Shown here piece by piece: positions 40,131 through 48,890 of a stretch of 64,000 nucleotides of DNA (positions are counted from its first letter, which is position 1; each line of letters begins with the position of its first letter). A model generated the notes under the pieces. That model did not search any database. It was not told where the DNA came from and saw only the letters and a program-made list of their open reading frames with translations. The position numbers and the translations under genes are program-made. Where the stretch lies: contig OZ240248.1 of the NCBI GenBank assembly GCA_965198235.1, forward strand, positions 1,856,001 through 1,920,000, in the 5' to 3' direction. This DNA comes from Candidatus Poribacteria bacterium (GTDB taxonomy: Bacteria; Poribacteria; WGA-4E; WGA-3G).

Positions 40131-40507
40131 GTTGGGTTGAACGGGAACCTCCTAAAAATCGCACATAGAAAATGATTTTCGGGGGGCATCAAGAAACCTA
40201 AAATTACCGAAATACGAGTGAAACCCAACACATTCTCACGCCTACAGTGCCTGGATTGTTGGGTTTCGTTATATCTATCTACACCAATGGAACATCGAAA
40301 CGCGATATCCTCTGTATAAACGAGATGGACCTTTGTCTTTCATTGCTCAACCTGGGGGAAAAAGAAATACGCAGAAATACCCTATCAATACGCAGGGAAA
40401 TCCACAGAAATACCCTATCAAAAACCCCTATCAAAAACCCCAAGCAAAAACACCCCTATCAAAAACCCCTACGTCTACTTGAATTTTTATTATCGAACTC
40501 ACGTTAA
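40126..40507. mobile_element. Long REPIN/MITE-like element (GTAGGTTGGGTTGA...TCAACCCAACCTAC) with modular insert
   Basis: Colinear with 60312-60605 over about 270 bp; internal gaaacccaac/gttgggtttc inverted pair. Confidence 0.75.
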
Positions 40508-40579
40508 CAATAAATCCCTATCTTTTTCCAAATGTGATATATTAAAGAAAACTCTCATTTCACTAAGGTAAAATCGCTT

Positions 40580-41503
40580 ATGAACTTTCCGACGCTGTCA
40601 GAGTCAAAACGTGTAGAGATGCTCCAACCTCCGACAGGGCAGGTGCGTATGGTACTTGACACTGACACCTATAACGAAATTGACGACCAGTTTGCAGTTG
40701 TCCACGCACTCCTTTCACCTGGGAACCTCAACGTTGAGGCACTTTATGCCGCCCCCTTCCACAATAATCGCTCAGAGAGTGCTGAAGACGGCATGGAGAA
40801 AAGTTACGATGAAATTCTAAGGTTATTGGACTTCCTCAATGTCCCCGCCGACGGTTTCGCCTATCGCGGCTCCAGAGCATTTCTTTCTGATAGAGAGACC
40901 CCTGTACCGAGCGATGCCGCTACCGATATGATTGAACGCGCGATGACAGCAACTCCTGAAGACCCGCTTTACGTGGTTGCTGTCGGAGCGATAACGAACG
41001 TCGCTTCTGCTATCCTCATGGAGCCTGAAATTATCAAGCGTATCGTCGTCATCTGGCTTGGGGGGAATCCGTTGTACTGGCCCCACACCCGAGAGTTCAA
41101 CCTTATGCAAGATCTGCGGAGCGCGCAAGTGGTTTTGGATTGCGGTGTGCCATTCGTTTGGTTACCAGCACGTGGGGTCGTCTCACATCTACACACGACG
41201 GTTGCTGAGATGGAACGCTATGTGCAGGGTAGAGGCAAGGTCGGAGATTACCTCGTAAAAATCTTTAAAGACTACTCAAGCGACCACTTCGCTTGGTCGA
41301 AGGTGATATGGGATGTATCTGCAACAGCATACCTTGTCAACCCGGCGTGGGTACCGACAGAGATTGTCCACAGTCCTATCTTAACGGAAGCAGTGACATG
41401 GAGTTTTGATAACAGTCGCCACCTTATGCGCGTCGCGACGAGTGTTGATCGGGATGCGATTTTCCGGGATCTGTTTGAAAAATTACAACAACATACTCTC
41501 TAA
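40580..41503 (+). CDS. Nucleoside hydrolase (IU-NH family)
   Basis: LDTDTYNEIDDQFA, GAITNVA, WLGG, EFNL..D, IWD. Confidence 0.85.
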   Translation: MNFPTLSESKRVEMLQPPTGQVRMVLDTDTYNEIDDQFAVVHALLSPGNLNVEALYAAPFHNNRSESAEDGMEKSYDEILRLLDFLNVPADGFAYRGSRAFLSDRETPVPSDAATDMIERAMTATPEDPLYVVAVGAITNVASAILMEPEIIKRIVVIWLGGNPLYWPHTREFNLMQDLRSAQVVLDCGVPFVWLPARGVVSHLHTTVAEMERYVQGRGKVGDYLVKIFKDYSSDHFAWSKVIWDVSATAYLVNPAWVPTEIVHSPILTEAVTWSFDNSRHLMRVATSVDRDAIFRDLFEKLQQHTL

Positions 41504-41596
41504 TCGGTAGGCTTTTTGAAATCACATACGTGAAAGAGATTTTCAGGAACGCTTCGGTGCGGTTAGAAAACCGCACCTACCTTGGTTGGGGTGTCC

Positions 41597-42430
41597 TCAG
41601 GGAAGCGCAATGTTCCACTCGTCTTGGCAAATAACTTCAAGTTGATCGTGCGGTTTGAAGTAATCGGTTGGATGGTGGTTTTCACCCATGTCGCCGAATA
41701 ATCTCCGGCGGCGAGGGGTCATCCGGGCGAGAACGTCCGCGGGAAGCTTGTCGTAATCATAAGGACGGGACCACATCTGCCCATAACGGAAGGTCACGCT
41801 TTTGCGGATGCGTTCGGTTCGATTCGGACCGACACCGTGCCACATCGCCCACGGAAAGATGACCGCGTCACCAGCTTCCGCAAGGACCTGAATCGCGCCT
41901 TCGGGATACGTGCCTTTTGTAAATCCGTTCTCAGGAAAAGAGACCTTGTGACTGCCCGGTACACACATAAAGTTCCCTTGATTAGGTTCGGTCAGATCCG
42001 TTAAGAAAAATTGGATTTTGAATTGCAGCGGCAAACTATCTGGATGCGGATGAATACGTTGAAGTGAGGGACCAGCATCCGTATGAAACGCCATCAGAGC
42101 CTCTGCATCCGGGTGTCGGACATAGATTTGCGTTCCCATGATTTGGAGATACGGACCCATCATTGAAAGGATAGTTCCGAAGATGCGTGGATGATCGGTG
42201 AGTGGATCAAGGGCATCTGTTTGTTCAATGGCGCGGATAATCGTATAGGCTCCCTTTCCAAACCGTGTGCCTTGTAGACTCGGTGTCTCTTGGACATACG
42301 TTTCAATCACCGAATCCACAGACATCAAAAGTGTCTCAATCTCAGCTGGGGATAGTACGTTTTTGATGAGCAGAAACCCCTCTGTTTGCCACTCTTTTTG
42401 TTGGACCTCTGTCAAGTATGGAGATACCAT
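41597..42430 (-). CDS. Phytanoyl-CoA dioxygenase (PhyH) family protein
   Basis: FHTD, FFLTD, VPGSH, GDAVIF...WHG, RKS. Confidence 0.85.
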   Translation of the reverse strand: MVSPYLTEVQQKEWQTEGFLLIKNVLSPAEIETLLMSVDSVIETYVQETPSLQGTRFGKGAYTIIRAIEQTDALDPLTDHPRIFGTILSMMGPYLQIMGTQIYVRHPDAEALMAFHTDAGPSLQRIHPHPDSLPLQFKIQFFLTDLTEPNQGNFMCVPGSHKVSFPENGFTKGTYPEGAIQVLAEAGDAVIFPWAMWHGVGPNRTERIRKSVTFRYGQMWSRPYDYDKLPADVLARMTPRRRRLFGDMGENHHPTDYFKPHDQLEVICQDEWNIALP

Positions 42431-42490
42431 GTTGTTGCTCCTTTTATGGGGAATACGAGTCAATTGTTGCGAATTGATAAATTTAAAAAG

Positions 42491-42519
42491 ATTATAGACA
42501 ATTTGCAAGGCTGTGTCAA
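42491..42519 (-). promoter_or_regulatory. Consensus sigma70 promoter
   Basis: Reverse strand TTGACA-17-TATAAT. Confidence 0.75.
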
Positions 42520-42573
42520 CCCCGTTTTGCCAAGAAAGCTCAACGTTTTCGCTGAATTTACGTCTAATCTATT

Positions 42574-43390
42574 AACCCAAGTTGCTGCTAATAAATTTTG
42601 GACGTTCCAATAGGGTTCTTCAGGCACTCCCCACCCCGTAGGGGTGCTATGTCTATAGGAAACGGCGTATTCCAGCAACCGCACCCCGTAGGGGTGCCAT
42701 GTCTATAAATAGGTGACAACTTACGTTAGACATAGCGAATTCTAAGGGGAACACAAGAACTTATGGCGAACACCTATACTCAACTCTATGTACATATCGT
42801 GTTTTCTGTAAAAGGTAGACACGCACTTATTCCCGAATGTCACAAAGCAGAACTTCATAAATATATCACTGGCATCATCACTAATAAGAAACAGAAATTG
42901 ATTCAAATCAATTCGATGCCAGATCACATCCATATCTTGGTTAGTATGACTCCGGATACTGCCCTGTCTGGTTTGGTGAAAGATATTAAAGTAAATTCGA
43001 CGCGCTTTATCAATCAGAAACGCTGGACTGCGGGGCAATTTGCGTGGCAAGAGGGGTTTGGTGCGTTCAGTTATTCCTATTCTCAGATACCTGAGGTCGC
43101 TGCATATATTGAAAATCAGGAGACACATCATTCACGACGGTCATTTCGTGAGGAATATCTTGCGTTCTTGGAGCGTTTTGGGGTTGTGTATGATGTAAAG
43201 TACGTTTTTGATTCAGTTGCAGATCTCCCACCTGAAGAATGATTTATGGGCACAGCGTGGGTAAGCCACCTTTTTATTCACATAGCACCCCTACGGGGTG
43301 CGGGCCCCTGAGAAACGGTTTTTCTATAGACATAGCACCCCTACGGGGTGGAGAAAGTACCTAAAGAACCTTATTGAAGTGCCCAAAAAT
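42574..43390. mobile_element. IS200-type / REP-associated transposase locus with flanking hairpin repeats
   Basis: CACCCCGTAGGGGTG(C/G)..TGTCTATA twice on the left (42632, 42682) and twice inverted on the right (43281, 43325), plus about 40 bp of further imperfect inverted repeat. Confidence 0.8.
42763..43242 (+). CDS. tnpA: IS200/IS605-family Y1 HUH transposase
   Basis: YVHIVFSVK.R, DHIHIL (HUH), FAWQEGFGAFS, YIENQ..HH. Confidence 0.9.
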   Translation: MANTYTQLYVHIVFSVKGRHALIPECHKAELHKYITGIITNKKQKLIQINSMPDHIHILVSMTPDTALSGLVKDIKVNSTRFINQKRWTAGQFAWQEGFGAFSYSYSQIPEVAAYIENQETHHSRRSFREEYLAFLERFGVVYDVKYVFDSVADLPPEE

Positions 43391-43399
43391 AGAAAAAAT

Positions 43400-46249
43400 A
43401 TGAACAATTTTACAAAAATCCTTACCACTATCCGTCGTCCCTTTCAACAAGAACTCCGAAAGGGGTGCCGCGACGATGTTGTCGTCAATGGATTGGGGAA
43501 CTATGTCCAGTTGTGGGTAAAGAATGGAGAGACCTTCACATTGGAGGCAGCTGAAAAAGAGGTACTCAACGATTTGTCAAACCTTTTTGAAAATTATGCC
43601 GACGCATCGTCCACCGAACGCCAACGCATACTTGGGGATGCGACAAAACGAATTGACACGGCACTCGGGCACGGACAACGAAACGTCTCGGATAGAGTCG
43701 GGACAGGTGTCGAACCGTCGCAAACACGCCAGCAGCCAAAGTCGCAACGTACAAATTCCAAAAAGAGTGCCCAAACGGATATGTTGTCTCTCTTTGCGGA
43801 AGTAGAAAGTAGCCCGAAAAGCGCGCCTCCAGCGCAGGAACAGGCAGTGGAACGTCCAGCTTCTACGGTGCCAACGGAGCATTTATCCCTTCTCCAAGAC
43901 ACAGACACTTCGTCACAGCGAAATAGCCATCAGTCATCGGTTTCCATCGGAAACCATCAGCAAGAAGTAGCCGTCAGCAGGCCCGCTGACCGCCGACTGC
44001 TGACGGCTGACCGCCAATCAGAATCTGTCCCAATCTCAGATACCCCTGTTTCAACAGACATCGATTTGCTTGACTTTCTATCCCAACCGCTTCAGTATCT
44101 CAAAGGGATTGGTCCGCGTCGCGCCGAAATGCTTTCGACAGAACTCAATATCCAAACGGTTGGCGAATTACTGGCATATTACCCGCGCGATTACATTGAC
44201 CGCTCCAAAATGGTAGAGATTTATAGGGTGGGTAGAACAGAAGATGACGAACCGGAAACAATACAAGGCAAGGTCGTCAATCATACCTCGTCTCCGACAG
44301 CGAAAGGGAAACGCATCGGTAAGATCTCAATTTACGACGGGACTGGTATCGCATTGCTCGTTAATTTCGGCAGGCGTATCGGCATTATGAAAGCACTACT
44401 CCCCGTTGACACCGAGGTTGTCGTCAGCGGTAAATTCTCTCGCCGCTACAATGAAATCCAAGCCACGGACTATGAATTTGAACTGTTTGAAGAAGAAAAC
44501 TTAATCCACACAAATCGAATCGTTCCGAAATATCCGCTCACGGCGAAACTCACGGCGAAGATGCTGCGTGCTTGGATGCGGACCGCATTAGATGAACATG
44601 GACAGCAGATACCTGAGATCTTGCCACTCACACTTCGCCAACGGCAACGCTTGGTTGACAGACAATCCGCCATTAACGAGATCCATTTTCCGACATCGGA
44701 GGCACATCGGGAGGCGGCGCAAAAACGGCTCGCTTTTGAGGAGTTTTTTCTGCTCAGTGTCGGGATGGAGATGAAAAAGGAACGTCGTATCTCGGAGGAC
44801 GGTATCGCGTTTCGAGTTGGAATGGAAGGGAAACCTGAAACGTCTCCGTCCCTGTTACAGGATTTTCTTGCTTCGCTTCCTTATGAACTCACAGGGGCGC
44901 AAAAACGAGTTTTCGCTGAAATCCAAAACGATATGCAGCAGAAAACCGTCATGAATAGACTCATTCAAGGGGATGTCGGTTCGGGAAAGACGGTTGTTGC
45001 AGCGATGGCGTTGCTCTGTGCTATCGAAAACGGGTATCAAGGCGCGCTGATGGTTCCTACTGAAATCCTCGCCGAACAACACTATTATAATCTCTCAGAG
45101 ATGCTCAAGGATTTGCGCAGGGATGCTGAACAAGCCGGTAACGAGAACATAAACGTTGTGCTTCTTAAAAGTGACCTGCCAAAACCAGAACGCGAAGAGG
45201 CACTGGCGGCAATCGCCGATGGCACCGCAGACCTCATCGTTGGAACACAGGCGTTGATACAGGAAGGGGTCGATTTTCACAGACTCGGGCTCGTTATCAT
45301 CGACGAACAGCATCGGTTCGGTGTGATGCAACGCGCAACGCTCCGTAACAAGGCACAATCAGCAAATGGAACGCAAAAGCAAGATGCCGCAACCCCTCCA
45401 ACACCGGACGTACTCGTCATGACCGCGACCCCGATTCCAAGAACACTGGCATTGACGCTCTATGGGGATCTGAACGTCTCTGTTATCGATGAGATGCCCC
45501 CCGGTAGACAGACGATTAAGACCTATTGGATAAAAGAGAAAGAACGAGAGAAATTATACAGCACTGTTCGGAAGGAAATTCAACGCGGCAGACAGGCATA
45601 CATCGTCTACCCACTCGTTGAGGAGTCCGAAAAACTGGAAGAACTCAAAGCCGCCACAGAAATGGCATCGCATCTTCAAAGTGAGATATTCCCCGATCTG
45701 CGTCTCGGGCTTCTGCATGGGCAAATGAAATCCATTGAGAAACAGGAAGTGATGACGAACTTCAAGGATCGACACATAGATATCCTTGTCTCAACAACGG
45801 TGATTGAGGTAGGCATTGATGTTCCAAACGCGACGTTGATGATCATTGAGAATGCAGAACGGTTTGGGTTGTCGCAATTACATCAATTGCGTGGACGTGT
45901 CGGACGTGGTGAGCATCAATCGACGTGTTACCTTGTCGGTTCACCCAGGGGTGACGACTCTTTTCAGCGCATTCAAGCGATGATTCGGACAAACAACGGC
46001 TTTCGGATTGCAGAAACGGACTTGAACATCCGCGGTCCGGGGGAGTTCTTCGGTACACGCCAATCGGGCATCCCAAATTTCAAGATTGCGAATATCATCC
46101 ACGATGCTACACTTTTGGAAGCGGCGAAAAAAGAGGCGGAGTTGCTAATCAAAGCCGATCCAGTACTGAACGCACCTGCGCATCAATTGCTGAAGCGGAT
46201 GTTACAGAAACACTGGCGAGACAATTTGGAGATTGCATCCGTAGGTTAG
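43400..46249 (+). CDS. recG: ATP-dependent DNA helicase RecG with long N-terminal extension
   Basis: LKGIGP, RLAFEE, QGDVGSGKT, DEQHRFG, MTATPIPR, QLHQLRGRVGRG, RGPGEFFGTRQSG. Confidence 0.95.
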   Translation: MNNFTKILTTIRRPFQQELRKGCRDDVVVNGLGNYVQLWVKNGETFTLEAAEKEVLNDLSNLFENYADASSTERQRILGDATKRIDTALGHGQRNVSDRVGTGVEPSQTRQQPKSQRTNSKKSAQTDMLSLFAEVESSPKSAPPAQEQAVERPASTVPTEHLSLLQDTDTSSQRNSHQSSVSIGNHQQEVAVSRPADRRLLTADRQSESVPISDTPVSTDIDLLDFLSQPLQYLKGIGPRRAEMLSTELNIQTVGELLAYYPRDYIDRSKMVEIYRVGRTEDDEPETIQGKVVNHTSSPTAKGKRIGKISIYDGTGIALLVNFGRRIGIMKALLPVDTEVVVSGKFSRRYNEIQATDYEFELFEEENLIHTNRIVPKYPLTAKLTAKMLRAWMRTALDEHGQQIPEILPLTLRQRQRLVDRQSAINEIHFPTSEAHREAAQKRLAFEEFFLLSVGMEMKKERRISEDGIAFRVGMEGKPETSPSLLQDFLASLPYELTGAQKRVFAEIQNDMQQKTVMNRLIQGDVGSGKTVVAAMALLCAIENGYQGALMVPTEILAEQHYYNLSEMLKDLRRDAEQAGNENINVVLLKSDLPKPEREEALAAIADGTADLIVGTQALIQEGVDFHRLGLVIIDEQHRFGVMQRATLRNKAQSANGTQKQDAATPPTPDVLVMTATPIPRTLALTLYGDLNVSVIDEMPPGRQTIKTYWIKEKEREKLYSTVRKEIQRGRQAYIVYPLVEESEKLEELKAATEMASHLQSEIFPDLRLGLLHGQMKSIEKQEVMTNFKDRHIDILVSTTVIEVGIDVPNATLMIIENAERFGLSQLHQLRGRVGRGEHQSTCYLVGSPRGDDSFQRIQAMIRTNNGFRIAETDLNIRGPGEFFGTRQSGIPNFKIANIIHDATLLEAAKKEAELLIKADPVLNAPAHQLLKRMLQKHWRDNLEIASVG

Positions 46250-46255
46250 TTATAT

Positions 46256-46378
46256 AGGACTTACGCATGATGCTCATTTGTAGCATAGGAAACTGTTAGC
46301 CTGTGTCAAAAGAGGGTGTGCGTTTTTTGGGCATCCCCCTATAGAAGAACGTGCTACGGCAAAAATTGCGTAAGTCCT
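46256..46378. mobile_element. MITE-like element (family F5)
   Basis: aggacttacgca...tgcgtaagtcct terminal inverted repeats. Confidence 0.75.
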
Positions 46379-46400
46379 GTTATAGTTAAAGGAGAAATCA

Positions 46401-47096
46401 ATGCCACACGACATAACAGATATGACTCACGCACAGTTCAGTACTTGGCTTATGCCGATTGTAGAGTGTTCGCTTTTTGAATCCCGCGAACGACTGATGA
46501 CACTGCTTGCCGAGAACGCTGATCGAAATGCATTGGAAGCCGAGTTCCGTGAGTTTTATGAAGGCTATTGTGGTCTGGCATTTGAGTTAGAGGAACATGA
46601 GGAATCACTGCTTTCAATACTGCTGGCGTACGACACATTTGCATCGCTGCAGCAACGGGTTGCTGTCGTAGAAGCGGCGCGAAAGACATCTTCTTTAGGA
46701 CGGCAGGCGCGACGGATGAGCGACAAGCCTTTACTTACCGATCCCCAACCAGAAATAAAGGTGTCAGCGTTACCCGATGATGCATTCCGTGCACTGATGG
46801 AGACACTTGCGAATTGGGAACTTTTTGCAGCGCGTGAGCGAATTGTGAAACTACAGAAGGCAGTGCCATCGGTTGAAGGGACAGAGCCGTTGAAATTGGC
46901 ATTCTTTGAATTTTTTGTGTGCTACCTGAAGTTAGAGCAGTTTCTTGAAGATTACGACTATGATCCAGATGAGGGATTAGAATTGCGTCCGGAGGTGGCT
47001 GAGAGGTTAGAACAGAGTGTTGCAGCGTATGAATCGGGGGAAGTCAAACCGACTCCAATAGAAGAAGTCGCGAAAAAACTGGGACTAAAGTGGTAA
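46401..47096 (+). CDS. Hypothetical protein: duplicated helical domain plus antitoxin-like C-terminus
   Basis: Internal repeat LF..RER; tail DPDEGLELRPEVAERL...EEVAKKLGLKW; TAATG coupling to a relE-like gene. Confidence 0.6.
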   Translation: MPHDITDMTHAQFSTWLMPIVECSLFESRERLMTLLAENADRNALEAEFREFYEGYCGLAFELEEHEESLLSILLAYDTFASLQQRVAVVEAARKTSSLGRQARRMSDKPLLTDPQPEIKVSALPDDAFRALMETLANWELFAARERIVKLQKAVPSVEGTEPLKLAFFEFFVCYLKLEQFLEDYDYDPDEGLELRPEVAERLEQSVAAYESGEVKPTPIEEVAKKLGLKW

Positions 47097-47336
47097 TGTA
47101 CCGTTTGGAAATTATGCCAAAAGCGGAAGCAGGCTTTGCGCGTTTAGATGCCACGATTGAACAGCGAATTCTTGATAAGCTGAGATCACTCTGCGAAAAT
47201 TGCGACACACATCGCCACGAGGCTCTCCGAGGAGCACATAGAGGAAAGTTCTGCTTACCGAGTTATCTATACCTTCAATCGACAAACACGAGTGATTGTT
47301 GTTCACGAAATTGGACATCGGAGCAGCGTCTATTAG
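47096..47336 (+). pseudogene. RelE/ParE toxin, frameshifted
   Basis: MYRLEIMPKA...LRGAHRGKFCL, then YRVIYTFNRQTRVIVVHEIGHRSSVY* in another frame; the R.GD linker is missing. Confidence 0.8.
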
Positions 47337-47391
47337 CATAGACGTGAAATATACACTTTATCCAGAACAATGACAGAACAAATGCAGCCAT

Positions 47392-48360
47392 CTACGTAAA
47401 CGTAGTTATCAGACGGTATAACTGTGGGACAGTCACCGAGAAATCGCCGGAGATGTGGTAGCCTTCACCTCCGTCTTTCACTGTACGGATGAGAATTGTT
47501 TTCTTGGGGCGATGGTAGTAGTGAGCATCGGTAGGTGCGCCCTCGTCTTGAAAATCGGGAAAATCGATTAAGTCAAAGTTTGCAGTCGTGAAGTGTCGAA
47601 TCTCCTCACCGCGCTGGGTTGCGATGTTGCGAGCCATTGAAAGGCTTTTGAGGTAGACTTCAGGTCCCATAACAGCGGAGCCTAAATTCAGAAAAACGCC
47701 GCCTTCTAACTGAGAGACACTGTGCGCAAAACGGAGAAAATCCTCACCTGTTGTCCATCCCATCGCGGCGTAATCGGCAGCAGGATGTTGGTCGATGATA
47801 TCGTATCCGATACCTTTGTGAACAGTAAACGGTACGTCTAACCGATACGCTGCGGCAAACATGCTCACATCGCGATGTGGAAAGGGGATGTCCATTTCGC
47901 TTTCTTGGATTAATCTTCCTACGGCTTCTCCAAAACCGATCTTGTCTCGGTAACCCCGAATAATCGCTTCGTTCAGGTAGCGTCCGGTTTCCTCCCAATT
48001 GCCAAACTTCCCGTCCCAAATGTAGTCCTCTACATCTTCGAGCGTTGCCCCGATGTGGGCAAGTTCAAAATCGTGGATAGCACACGCGCCATTCGTAGCG
48101 ACATGCGTGATGATGCCGCGTTCCATCAAGTCGATGATGAAACGGGAATTGCCGCGCCGCATGACGTGCGCGCCCATCATCCAGATCACCTGTTTCCCAC
48201 CATGATGTGCCTCAACAATACGATCTGCAACGGCAGAGAGGTGCGGGTTTTCATAGCGCGGTGTCTCCACGTCTAACGGGTAGACATCCGCTACCGCCAT
48301 CTTGTGCTGACGTTCAGGAAGCGGAAGAATTGTGAGTAGGTCTCGATTCAATTTGTCCAT
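47392..48360 (-). CDS. Conserved hypothetical protein (GSU2086-like; possible deoxyhypusine-synthase-like fold)
   Basis: MMGAHV, ATNGACAIHDFELA, FG.WEETG, TVH..IG.DI, GSAVMGPEVYLK. Confidence 0.55.
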   Translation of the reverse strand: MDKLNRDLLTILPLPERQHKMAVADVYPLDVETPRYENPHLSAVADRIVEAHHGGKQVIWMMGAHVMRRGNSRFIIDLMERGIITHVATNGACAIHDFELAHIGATLEDVEDYIWDGKFGNWEETGRYLNEAIIRGYRDKIGFGEAVGRLIQESEMDIPFPHRDVSMFAAAYRLDVPFTVHKGIGYDIIDQHPAADYAAMGWTTGEDFLRFAHSVSQLEGGVFLNLGSAVMGPEVYLKSLSMARNIATQRGEEIRHFTTANFDLIDFPDFQDEGAPTDAHYYHRPKKTILIRTVKDGGEGYHISGDFSVTVPQLYRLITTFT

Positions 48361-48887
48361 TTTTTTAACTATGTGCTTCTGATCATCGTTCCAAATGTAA
48401 AGCATTCTCGCTGCGAAGCAAAATTATGCCATTTAAGGAAACCTAATTTCGTTCCACGATGGTTTTTGGTGAATTCCGATGCGACTGAAGATATGTACGA
48501 TTCTTAAGAGGGTAGGAGAACCTAAGACTGATCCCTACTACCCATTGTAATCCAGAGACGGTTAGACTTAGCCGAAAACCACCGTGGAACGATGCCCAGA
48601 TTTAATAGTTTATAGTAAAGCCCGAAAATATGTGCACATAGAGGATTTAGGGACCTCCCGCCTCGCTGGCGAGGTTTCCTTGGGGAAATCCGCAGAAATA
48701 CCCTATCAATACGCAGAAATACCCAAGCAAAAACACCCCTATCAAAAACACCTCGCCAACTCTAATGTGTATAGGTAATTATAGGCTTTACTATAATAAC
48801 CCAAGTTGCTACTAAAAAGTTTAGGGCATTTCAAGAAGAGGTTTAGACAATTTCCCCACCCCGTAGGGGTGCTATGTCTGTAGAAAA
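48361..48887. repeat. Nested composite of F1, F6, F4, modular insert and a solo tnpA-end repeat
   Basis: Each part matches copies elsewhere in the window. Confidence 0.75.
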
Positions 48888-48890
48888 CTG

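Noticed and set aside
40354-40467. Possible CRISPR array or simple VNTR
   Set aside because: No constant 23-47 bp repeat with unique spacers, no cas genes, and no fixed period
40247-40507. Short ORFs such as 40247-40507, 48584-48778 and 23402-23680
   Set aside because: They are translations of repeat elements
43298-43399. Upstream GTG start for recG; likewise extended starts at 10399, 14444, 18235, 42508, 48405 and 58286
   Set aside because: These extensions run through repeats or promoters
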